From Basidiobolus meristosporus CBS 931.73 (taxonomy: Eukaryota > Fungi > Basidiobolomycota): a stretch of DNA of 64,000 bases. The stretch lies in NCBI GenBank assembly GCA_002104905.1, contig MCFE01000447.1, forward strand, positions 9,461 through 73,460, read 5' to 3'. The notes beneath the pieces were generated by a model. It saw nothing but the letters and a program-made list of their open reading frames with translations. It did no database searches and was not told the origin of the DNA. The position numbers and the translations under genes were made by a program. This document shows positions 50,483-62,250 of this stretch, in pieces (position 1 is the first letter of the stretch; each line of letters starts with the position of its first letter).

Positions 50483-53400
50483 ACTTTTCCAACAGAAAAG
50501 TGGTAGTTTCTTGTAGAACTTAGATTGGATTCTTGTGAGCTTTACAGTCTCTTTACTGATGTAGTACCAATCAAAGTCAGAATACTCAACAGTGCAAGTG
50601 ATTCAGGGGAAGTCTTATAACCTTTAAGCTTGTAATTGTAGTGTGGAGATTCTGGAAAGAGTGGCTCCCCTTTATTCTTCAGCTGGGGAAGTCATCTATG
50701 TGAAAATTTTGAAGGATCAAAGTTTTTGGGCAATTGCGCAAGTAATCCACGTGATACAAAACTAAAATGTTGCAGTGGCGTAGATCAGACATAGGCGCAG
50801 CACCTGCAAAAATATCACGTGCTTTAATTGGCTGGTTCAAGAGGTACATGCAATTAAAGTCACCATAGTATTCCTAGCAATAAGGCATAGTATATATAAT
50901 AATTGGACTCTTTTGGTCATAACTCCTTAAGTACTGCTTCAAATGAGCTGTAATTTGAAACATGTGTTGGCTACTATGTGTTCTGTATGACACAATATAC
51001 CTGGATTGATTGCTTGTCAGGGTCTGGAGCATTTGTTCTTCAAAGTTGGAAATTCTTGATCTTTCACTTGTGTGTTACAATAGCAAAAAGCAAAATAAAG
51101 AATTGAGTGCAATATTGGTTTTGGAGATATTATAGTTATGGAATACTTTTCATTACCACATTTCTGAGGTCTGCATGGTCTTGCTGCAGTTGGGTAAAGG
51201 CAGCCATGAGCTGAGCAAAGCTCAGCTGTAGGTTGGACATGGTAGGAATGGAAGGTGGATGAACTTGCAAGGAATACTGGAATATAATAAACTAGATTGT
51301 GGGTTTGTAAAGCCACTAGTATGTCAAGAATACAACTATTGAGCCACAATCTGCAACTTAAATAAGTTAATGTCACTTCAGAAGGTACTGGTTTCAACAT
51401 CCTTTGATAGAGTATTGTACTAAAACTTCCAATACTGTAACAACTGTAAACTCCACCAGCAGGGTAATAAAGTGAATCCAGCTTTGACCAATAGTTTTAC
51501 AAAGATAAAGTATCTTTGCCTTCATAGGACAAGACTAGGGAAAGATGATGGGTGATACTTACAGTGAGTATTCCTTTTACAAGTTTTCTTAAAACTTTGG
51601 GCAGAAGGCAGGGATCCATAGGCAAGTCAGGAGAGTTTGATTGAACTGTTATGTATAGACACAAGGCAGGAGAGTAGGGCTAGGCAAGGCAAGACCAGGA
51701 AAGAACTTAGGTGTGGATCAACAAGTCAAGGCAGATTTCCAAGGCAAGGCTGTTTATTCAAGACCTGTGTTTATCAGACTGAGGAATACTTAAGGGGGGA
51801 TAGGACTATATACTTTTTGGTTATACTGATGCCAAGAGATATTAGCTAATACTAATGGGGTTGTGGGGTGAGGCACAGCAGCAGTGCTGGGGATAATAAT
51901 ATAGAGGGCAGGCACTGAGACAGGATGGGCAAATGGATTGGGTCACCTGATCATGTGACTAAGTCATGTGACCTGGTATTTCTATAAATGGTACTGGACT
52001 ATGAAAAATACAATGGGAAGCTTCCATGGAATGTTCCATTGAGTAACAATGGTTTTGGAATGGTTGGGAACTTTCTGGAAGGTGGTAGAAGGTTCCAGAA
52101 GGAATCTCTTAGAAATTGAGCTAGGAAGCTGAAACTTGGCATGGGTGTTCATGGTTGCCATGTTATCATGATAGCTATGGCTCACATTATTCTGATGAAA
52201 TTAAGCTTGGCTACCAGTGCAAAGGTCTCAGTTAAAGTCAAGTCCTTTTCTTTTAAACTATCATTTTACAACAAGTCCTGTGTTATATCTCTCTGTTATA
52301 CCATGAGCCATATATCATTTCATGAACCCCCATCTGCATCCAATGATCTTTGGTTGATTAGTAAGTTGCCTAGGTCCCAAGTCTGATATCCCTCCAGGCC
52401 AGATACTCCTCCATTATTGCAGATCTTCAAAACATTGCCTGAGGGCTATTGATGGCCCCTTTTACACTTTAGGGCTTGTAAAATATGGACTGAATAGTTG
52501 TAGGCTAAGTTTCTGCCCTATTTGATATATTTATTTGATTCATTTGTGGTCCATTTAGATAATATATTGTTTAGTGCTGCAATGATCACCTCTGGGATAT
52601 TTCTGGGCACAGATTCAGGCTGAACCATTGTTGTTGAGGCATCTCAATTGAAAAGTTCTTACTGTTTTGTTCTGACTCAGCCCTAACTATCAGTGGACTT
52701 GAGATCAGATTTTTATCCTAATATGGTGTCATTTGTTGTAAAATTAGAAATTTGCATATAACAACACATTGGTAGACTTGATCAACTTCTTTGCCTTGGT
52801 ATTGTTAAGTTTATAATTTATAAATATTCTTCTGGTATGATTTATCTCAAACTTTGACTAGTTTCCAGGCAGTTATTGGCTTATGCTGTTCACCCATATA
52901 TTTGTAGATATTTGGTACATAATCTGTATCTGTACTATGACTCAAGTAAAGCAGAGCAATGAAGTATACAGCTATAGCTCCTATTTCTTAGCTACACAGC
53001 CACAGCATCTGGTTCTACCCAGATATCATAGGATAATTTTGACCATGGATCATAGATTTTGCCATCCAATTATTGATGTGTTTGTATTTTCTGCCACTTC
53101 ATCTTGGTGTTGAAAATGTGCTACAGTAGTCTCTTGCTTTATCTCACGAATTTTGCCCAAGTAGATAAAGAGTCTTGAGGTATACTCTTCACCATTGTTG
53201 GAGTGTGTTTTCTTGATTTTCTCACCAGTTTAACTCCATACCTTGGCTTCAAAATCCCTCAACCTTGACAGAGCTTCCTCCATTTTTCTATGAAGCAGGC
53301 CTACATGTATTTTGCATAAGCATCAATGAAAGTGAATAAATTCTTCATCCCACATAGGAAACAATTTTGTATATGTCCATGCAGATCTGATGAATTAGAC

Positions 53401-54101
53401 ATATTTTTTTCTTAGTTTTCTTTAGCCCAGAGCTCTTAAGCCATTGCCTGGCTTGTATTGCATGTATGCAAGCTTCACAGTGCCTCAAATTAGCTAGGTA
53501 AGCAATTTTTACTCTGGAAATTGGCTGATCCTTGATCATTTTGCACAAATAATCAAAGTTCATATGTCTAAATCTTTGGTGCCAAAATATTGCCCTTTTT
53601 CTTTTAAGCTACTTATGTTGGCCTCCAAATATCTTGGAATATAAGTCAACCTGTATAAATTTGGATCCCTGATACCAAAAGCAATACATGCACCACTTTG
53701 ATCAGTGATCTTGTATCTGCAATTGTCAAAACTGACACTGAGTCCTGCTGCTGCGGCCTTGCTTACTAATAGTAGGTTCTTAGATGTCTCTGGTACAAGC
53801 ATTACTGCTTAGAAGGAAGGTGTGTGGCATCTATTACTGTTCTTAATTGGAATATCTTAATATAGGGGAAGATTTTCTTTTTGGTCTGTAAGTGTTGAAA
53901 TGCACCAAAGTCAATATACCAGGTCTAAGAGTTGTTATCTGTGGTAATATTTATTGCAGATATGAATAATCACTCTTCAGTGGTTGCATCATTTGCATAT
54001 TCTGGCTTCTTTTACTGATCATCATTCTTTTTGAGGCACCAGTCTGATGGGTATTCTGTCCTTTTACAGGAGGTCCAAAGCAAAATGTTAACCTATGTAA
54101 T

Positions 54102-54835
54102 AGACTTGTTCCGTTGGATAGTGCCACATTGAGCCATGAGTGCCAAATGATGCCATAGTGTGCCAGAGAGATCAAGTGAGCCTATACTTGGCCACAGAGT
54201 GCAAAACATAGCTCTGCATCTTTGTGCAAAGCAGCCCCTGTGTTTCACCCATTGCGCAGGAGAAAATCCATTTTTTGACCTTCTTTTGTGGATCAATGTA
54301 GCTCAGGATGTGTAAGAGCACAGGAGAACTGAAGATATGCATCTGGTACTCAATATGCATGGCACTCTGAATCTAGCTCCTGTAGCTTGTATCATGTCAC
54401 AGAAATGAATGGCACTATCTTGGTTCACTGGTACTATCTGGCACTATACTTAAATATTAGCCCTAAAGTAAGATCTATACAAAGCACTTATAGTGCCAGA
54501 TAGTACCAGTGAACCAAGATAGTGCCATTCATTTTTGTGACATGATACAAGCTACAGGAGCTAGATTCAGAGTGCCATGGGTATTGAGTATCAGATGCAT
54601 ATCTTCAATCTGCTTGTGCTCTAACACATCCTGCACAACATTGATCCAAAAAAAAAGGTCAAAAAATGGATTTTCTCCAACACAATGGGTGAAACACAGG
54701 GGCTGCTTTGCATGAAGATGCGGAGCTATGTTTCACACTCTGTGGCCAGGTAGAGGCTCAACTGGCCTCTCTGGCACACTATGGCATCATTTGGCACTCA
54801 TGGCTCAATGTGGCACTATCCAACGGAACAAGTCT
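54102..54835. mobile_element. Foldback MITE with PHIS-type TIRs, 734 bp
   Basis: 347-bp inverted arms (54102-54448, 54489-54835) and a 40-bp loop. TSD AAT/AAT. Confidence 0.95.
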
Positions 54836-56749
54836 AATATCAGCTTCCTTCTTAATGGCATTTGTTTTTCTAAATTTTTCATCCACAAGCGTTCCATACA
54901 TGCAACGTGAGCTCAGATCTTCAGCTCTGGACTCTAGGGCTGGTACTAGACCCCAAAGCTAGTCTGTTGGGCTGCTCAGAATAGTAACTTGCACATCTTT
55001 ATCAGTAGTTGATACACCCACAGATTCCATCTCATCAACCAATAGGTAACTGTGTTGATTGGATTTTTCATTTCCTCTCCTGATAGCATCTTTCTTGTAA
55101 AGAATTTTTGTCCAAGAGCATTTTCTTAGCAGCTAAGCATTGCTAGTATATGTCTTCTAATGCTTTCAAAGCACTCTTTGCTGTTTTTGTGCTTGATCAT
55201 TGAATTGCAATATGTCCTTAGCATTGAGGCAAATGTGGTAACAGGCACTACCCTGTGAGAGATTACTATGATAATCTTGTCAAAAGGCTATCACAGACTT
55301 AAAATCCCGTGACTAAGAGGTACTATTCCTGTCAGGACAATTTGCAAGGACTGTCAAAAAATAAATGCATCCCAAATTTCATAAGAAACTTGGTCAAAAT
55401 TTTTAATCACAACCCCACATATGTGGCTTTATATTGGTTCTCTCAATTTTCTCACTTTCTGATCCTTGACATTCTATCACTTCCATTGTTTGTGAGTGTT
55501 GATTGGCTCTTGCCTCTCTTTCACACTTCTTACTTCCTGACTCTACCATTGCTCTTACTTTTCATGCAAACAAACTTATCTATTTCCATTGAAACTTCTG
55601 TTTTACCACAATTTCCAATTGTATTGACCTATTCAACTCCCTATACCCTACACTAGCATTAAGCCCAGCCCCACACTCAATCACTAACTCCATTAGCATT
55701 CACCACTGAATAAGATTTTCAACAGTAACAATTTGTTTCCATTACTTTGGCAAGAACCCAACAGCTTTATGCTACAACTCCATCACCAATTCCCATATGT
55801 CCTTGTCTTTAGCAAGCACTGCAAGGTCTAGCACCTCATCTGCCAGCCTTTGCAACTAGTCCTTGCAATATTCAAGTGCATTTTCTTGAGCACTGCTCTT
55901 AAAGTAGTGCAGCAACCACTTGGTATCTCTATTACCATTCCAAAATTCTACTGAAGGCATTGTGATAGTCCTTTGAGCTCTTGAGAATGTTGCTTTGTTT
56001 GTCAGTGGGATCTCCACTCTGTCAGCAATGGAGGATGCAAAGTCTGTGGCACACAAATTTCCTGTCTCTGCAAGCTCATCTACATCACCAAAGTGCAGCA
56101 CTACTGGCTGCACCTCCAACTCTTGTGAGAACAGCTGCTTTCTTGTTGGTAATACATCTTGGCTGTGATGGTATTCAGTCTGTTCCAGGCTTACTGAGTT
56201 AATTAGAAGGCATTGCAGCTTTATTCTCACGCTTCCCTCTCTTGGGCTTGTGTAGACTTTCCCCCCAATCTATTCCTTTATCACTGTCAGGTCATTAATA
56301 CCACTTTTTCTGAGTGCTTCTGGTATCAAACCATGTTTTCTCCTTGATAAATGCTACTCTGAAGCATCTATTCTAGCCTGCTTGCCCCTTACTAGCACTC
56401 CCCTATCAGCCTGATGTTACTTTTCTGGTTATTTTGAGTACTCAGACCTAGTTGTGATAGGCTCCTCTGGTAATCACTGGTATTTCTTGCTGCCATGTCT
56501 TTCACTGATACTTTGACTGAGTGCCTCTAAATTGGAACTACTCTTTTTTCTTGATGAATTTTGTGCTGATGCATCTGTACTTGCCTGCCTGTCCCTAACT
56601 GGCACTCTTCCAGCTACCTGAAGTGTCTTTGTTGCTTGCTTAGAGCTTTTGGCCTGTCTTGTAGCAGGCTCATCAGGAAGCTGCGGGTTATTAGCCATTG
56701 CACCCTTATTCTTCTGCCTTTGATGGTTTATGCCACTCTTGAGATACAC

Positions 56750-59066
56750 ATTTGGCATACCAATGCTGAACCAAAACCTTTCTGCTTGCTTGAGTCCAGG
56801 ATAATGCTCATGGCTAAGTCAAGTGAATTTTGCCTGGCCTTGAGTTCCAGATGGACTTGTGTCTAAATGAGCGTGTAGCAAGTTCTGGTGATTTGCTCTG
56901 AAGCACATGCATTGACCCAACACACATTGAATCAATGTGGGCATTCTTGTGAAGGGTTTTGGCGTAGTTTGGACTGACATGCACTGGCATGCTGAAGTTG
57001 CAAGGGATGGTAAGGAATCCAGCAAAGAGTGCTGGCATAATCTAGATGCTGTTGCTTGCGGTCTGTATTCCTCCTCTTTAAGCTCACCTTATGATTCCTT
57101 AAGGTATTCACTTACCCACTGTCTGATACTTTGGAACTGTTGCCTGGATCAGTCCTGTGTATATTGCTCTTGGAAGCCACTTAACTCTACTAATATATCA
57201 TGTAATACATTAGCCATTTGAGGCCAAAACTCATTCAAAACCTCTTTGATTCCCAAAGTTGAGGCACAAACAGATGTGACCAGCCCATACTGTGCAAATT
57301 GCGTGCAAAATGATTCCTGCTTGGCTTCCTCATCAGATCCCCTCTCTCTCAGCTCATTCTTGATTTCAATATGTGTCTTGTTATATATCTTCTTACAGGC
57401 ATCCACTGGCATCTTGATATAGAACTCATGCCACAGCTTTCTACTCAGGTTCATCCATATCTGTTGACTTTCTGAGGTATCTAGCTCTGCTAGATTAATG
57501 AGTAATGCCCAAATATCTGTATGAAGGCTCATCATAGACACTTGAGCCATATGTAAATCATTTGGTAAGAGCTCAAATTGATCTAACATTGACTTTACTG
57601 GTCCAGACCATGCTTGTGAGCTGAGTGATGGGTTTTGTCTTGGTTGTACTAAAGATGAGTTGAGACTTGGTATAGGGACCATAGTGATGGATTTGGATAC
57701 TTATACCATAGTGTATTGGTATCAACCTGGTTTACATGAAATATATATGAAAACCAATGTGCTTGTAGAGTTTTCCATATATTAGGCATGATGCATTTTG
57801 GATTGCAATGACATGGATTGGATCCCACCAATTGCAGATATCCTATTTGAATATAAACTTGTGAGTAATGCATCAACAAAAGTACTAAGTCATTGTTTCA
57901 GGATGATTTTTGCAACTTAATAATGGCATACATGGCAATTGATGGAGATTTAATTGTAATGCATGGATATCAGATATATAAAGTAGATTGCACCAAATTG
58001 AATCAATACGCCTCAGACCCATCACCTACCAATTTTAATATGACTTAGTCACCTGAAAGGTCTTTTCTCATTAATCTCATCATTACCACTGGATTATCAT
58101 TTGACACATTAGAGGAGATCTATACCATGTACTGTGGAACTTCTACCCCAATTACTCAAGTAGTTCCCTTGTTAAGCTTCTCTGCTATTACAAGAACTAT
58201 TGCCCCACAAGGTTTCATCCCCTATCCATGGCAACAAAAGAAATAGAAGCTTTCATTCCCAGCTGACAGCAATGGAGAGCCACCTTGCAGAGGGTATGAA
58301 TAACTTAGAGCAAGCTTGGAATACTAGGTTCAGAAGCTCAAATGCACTCCCATATCACAGAGTGTTCAACAACAGGTTCCATATAAGGAGTATTTTGGAT
58401 ACCTTCCCAGTCTGGATTAACAGACCTTTTAGAGGGCAGAGGCACTTTTATTCTGGCAAGTACAAGGCACACTGTGTGAAATATCTAGCACTGTCTGACA
58501 TTGAGGGTAACATCATCTGGTTTAGTGGGACATTTGCTGGTAGTAGGCATGACAGCACTCTGGGTAGAAAATCATCCAGAATTCAGTAGAGGGGAGAGAT
58601 GTGTAGAAGACTTAGCTCATATAGGAGATGATTGTCAGAGATTAGGATGTATTAGAGCCTATAGGAAGCTAAGGAATTGTGTGCTTAGCAGGATGCAGAA
58701 GCTCTACAATGAGATAGTTTATCATTTCAGAGTGAGGGTAGAGCATGCATTTGGATACTTGAAGAGATTCAGTGTATTGGCTGGTAAATACAGAGGAATG
58801 TCATATATAGGAGAAAACAGTAGAACAGGTAAAATAGTAAGGATACTTGCCAATGCAAAGTGTATACATACAAGAAGACATTCACTGAACAAAATGTGTC
58901 TGGAGTGTTACACAGAGGAAGTAAAGCAAGGAATGCACTATCCTGAGCAACTTAAGTAAGATTAAATAAAATTAACAGTAACTATATCCTACCACTGGCA
59001 TTATGGTAGAAGTTATAATGCTAGATTGATTGGGCACTATGTGGCACTATCTGACAGAACATGAAT
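56750..59066 (+). mobile_element. Second, left-truncated decayed PHIS/Pangu-like copy
   Basis: Collinear with ~10000-12283. Frameshifted transposase 58200-58959, ORF2 piece 57149-57682, degenerate right end GTGGCACTATCTGACAGAAC. Confidence 0.85.
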
Positions 59067-60181
59067 GAAAATCAGAAAATGCCACCATTGCAAGGTGACC
59101 AACTTGTCAGTAATCCACAACAACTGGGAGAAAACATTGTTCACACTCTGGATCTAATCAGGTAATGCCCTGTCTAAAGAAGCTTATGCAGTTCAATAAA
59201 TAATGTGAAGCTATAATATACTGCGCTCAGTATCAATTAAGTGCAAGTATCTCCAATATATTTGATGGAAAATTTACTAACAACTTAGAAGCAAGTGCTA
59301 CTTTGAAGGTATGTATGACCATACCTTTGCCTTGGCACTTGATGGATTCTCATCAAACAAGTACCCTACCAGCAAATTCTGCTGGCCACTGATTCTCATC
59401 AACCTGTATCTGTTGCTATCTTATGCCATGAAAGCAGATATCTGAAGGTAGTCTCACTGGTATCTGGGCCTAAATCACTATCCAACATGGATAACTACCT
59501 GTATCCTTTGCTGGATAAACTTTGTATGGTTTCAATTGGCCTACTGGTCAATGGACATCATATCAAAGTGCATATCACCATCTGCATTGGCAATACCCCA
59601 GCCTTTGGCAGGATAGACAGCGTTTATGGACACAGTAGACAGCATTGTTGTCAAATGTGTGAGATCCAGGGAATTTACTCTATAACTCACACACATTATT
59701 ATTATCCAAACAGCAACACTAAGAGCATCATCTTCCCACAGAGAAGCTGTACAGCAGTAAACATGCAATTGTGGCAAAGTTGGCAAGCTATAAGCCATTG
59801 GCCAGACCATGGAGATAGTTGCAAACCCAAGATACACAAGATACAGGGTATCTGCTGGAGTAAAAGCTTGCCACCTAGAGGAATGCATTTGCTTTTCAAC
59901 AATATCCCTATACAAATGACCAAGTTGTACATAGGGTATATCAATCTAAATGAGGCCTTCAAGATACTGGAGAAATTTGAAGAATTGGCAAGATTTTACA
60001 GAGTATCTGCTACCCTAAGTACTTCTCACAGGCTCTAATCAATATTTATAGGCAAATGTGACAATACAAGTGCAAGGACTGGATTAACTGGAAAGGTATT
60101 TAAATAAGTGGACTTCTGATGCCATTTCTACCATGAGCACATTGGAAGCCTTGAGAGTCATATGAGAACATTGTGGGAATA

Positions 60182-60501
60182 CCCTATGAAAAAACTCAAA
60201 CTTGGAATTCATCTAATTTCCAGCTGGTATTCTGCTGATATTGTAATGATACTTTGCTGGTATTCAGTTGGTGTTTTTGGCTCAAAATTTCAAATGCAAT
60301 TTTGGTTGGAAGTAATGGCAGCTAATTACCAAATTTGATATGAATAGTAGTTGGCCTAGTCTCCTCCTGGAGAGTTTGTTTGCTTGCCTGCTTATGAGCT
60401 AACAACCAAGATATTGAGAGTTGTCACTATTAAAATACTTGGAACTCAGCTGATATTATGACAGTATTTTACTGGCCTTTTCTTTATTTTTTTTCTTAGG
60501 G
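60182..60501. mobile_element. 320-bp MITE with CCCTA termini
   Basis: CCCTATGAAAAAA / TTTTTTCTTAGGG. 3-bp TSD ATA. Absent from the homologous site of copy 1 (~44765). Confidence 0.82.
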
Positions 60502-61805
60502 ATATTTACTCAGAAGCAGATCACCAATGCCAACATGATGCAATCACAGCTTTTGTACAATGAGTTTGTGACAGGATATGAGCAGCTATACTACAAATGT
60601 AAAGCTGGACTCCTGAATCTCCGCTGCTACTGTATTCATTCTCTACACCATCTTGCATGATGTGTGGAGAATATTGAGCCTTGCTTCACCTTTTGGGGGT
60701 TTCCTATAGAGCAGATATGTAGGGAAATAGGAAGACAAGTCAAATTGCAGGTACTTCCATATTCCAATCCCATTAAGAATATTGCCTTCAAGTCCGTCAT
60801 GGATGCAATAAGTTGGCACATTGAGGACAGTCAGGAAGAGTTGGAAGATACTGGGGACAGATATGCACATGGAGACACCTATGTTTATGGCACTAAGTAG
60901 CTAAGCACCCCCTATCTTCTTGACATGTAGCCAACTAGATGTACTGGCCAGTCAGATCCACTCAAATAGATGCAGTGCTCATCAAGACCATTACAATGCC
61001 ATGCAACTCCTGTCAAAAGACTGCCAAAACCCCACCAAGTTATCAACTTTATTTAGCAAATAAAATCAGCAAAATGACATTGTAATCCCATCATAAGAAT
61101 GTGTAGAGGGCCACTAATTCCAAGCTGCTGGCATTTTGATGGTTTCTTGGCAGTATCCTCATGGCTGATCTGGGTTGAATCCACCAGTGGGACCAAATAT
61201 TTTCCCATAGGGTACTCTGTTCTATCTTCTAGTACTCCAAGGCTTCCTCTTATAAGCTTTTAAGAGGGCATTCTTCCTCCTCTACACTTGTAAGATGGCA
61301 TTCATCTCCCATGAGAATAGCCTAAAGGCCTCTTTCCTATTGCGGCATCTTCATCTTCACCTCCCACCCTTAGTAGTTAGATCTCACCAACTTTTTGGCA
61401 GAGGGAAAAATTTTAGTGATGGCAGTAGTAGCCATTGCAACAAGTGACAGCTGGAGCCCATGACCTGTAGTAAGAGTCTTGGAGATATTAGAAGTGAGTT
61501 GGCTTACAAGTAGGGTTTGTGGCTTTCACTCAATGATTATTGAATGTAAAAGAATTACTTGTACTTTTGATGGTCTTGCATTACAAATATGTATAATAGA
61601 CGCATGACAGGCCAAAGATCATGTTTGTAAACTTTGGGGCTGTTTGGATAACTTTGAGAATTTTCACCATCTAGGTAAATAATATTTTGGTGAATATATT
61701 GTAAGTAAATCCTGGCAAGGGATTTGGTTGGTATTCTTTAAGATTTGTAGGTAGTAATCTAGTGACTAGGATGAATATTTAGGTGGTGTTAGAAATTTTG
61801 CAACA

Positions 61806-62250
61806 CTCCAGACTGTAAAAGAGGTGCTAAATAACTCTCAGCAAAGTGTGGCAACCGGCAATGACTGAGGAGTATCAGGCCCTAATGAATAATCAAGCTT
61901 AGGACTTGGTCAAATTACCAACCAACCAAAAAACGATTGGATGTAAAGAGGTCCTCAAGTCAACACACAAGGCTGGTGAAACAATTAAAGGGCCTAAAGC
62001 AAGGCCTGTGTCCATAGGATACTTTCTAACAAAGAAGCTGGACTATACTGAAACCTTTGTACTGGTAGCCAGGTTTAATACTATCAAACTAATATCAGCT
62101 ATTGAACCCAAATATAAGCTTTCTATATACAAATAGATACAAAAACTGAACTTCTGAATGGCAACTAGATGAGGACATGTATATGAGCCAGCCTGATGGG
62201 TTTGCTGATCAAGATAACTCTCATTTAGTTTGCAAGACTAACAAATCAGT
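61806..62250 (+). pseudogene. Copia B RT N-terminal fragment
   Basis: LVKLPTNQKTIGC..YTETFVLVARFNTIKLI, similar to 1607-1912. Confidence 0.8.

Larger units (their letters stand above)
48348..52173 (-). mobile_element. LTR-bounded cassette with gag and partial protease, no RT or IN
   Basis: 527-bp direct repeats 48348-48874 and 51647-52173 with high identity by eye. 5-bp TSD GCTAT (48343-48347, 52174-52178) in copia B RT. Confidence 0.88.
55251..61212 (+). mobile_element. Decayed CACTA/EnSpm-type element, copy 2, with nested insertions
   Basis: Ends CCCTGTGAGA / TTCCCATAGGG. Copia gag resumes on both sides, with TA at each flank. Tnp2-like remnants 59070-60900 (ENIEPCFTFWGFPIEQICREIG). Confidence 0.68.
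46731..61805 (-). mobile_element. Decayed copia B expanded to 15 kb by nested insertions
   Basis: LTRs ~46731-47071 and 61466-61805. PBS-like GGTCATGGGCTCC. RH/RT 47072-48347, RT/IN/PR 52174-54100, gag 54836-55250 and 61213-61465 in correct order. Outer TSD not recovered. Confidence 0.8.

Noticed and set aside
51017-51400. 127-aa minus-strand ORF as a real gene
   Set aside because: No recognisable domain and no second copy in the window. Probably a decayed TE interior.
60182-60501. Intron in the Tnp2 relic (pyrimidine tract plus TTAG at ~60500)
   Set aside because: The segment has TIRs and an ATA duplication and is absent from copy 1, so it is a MITE.
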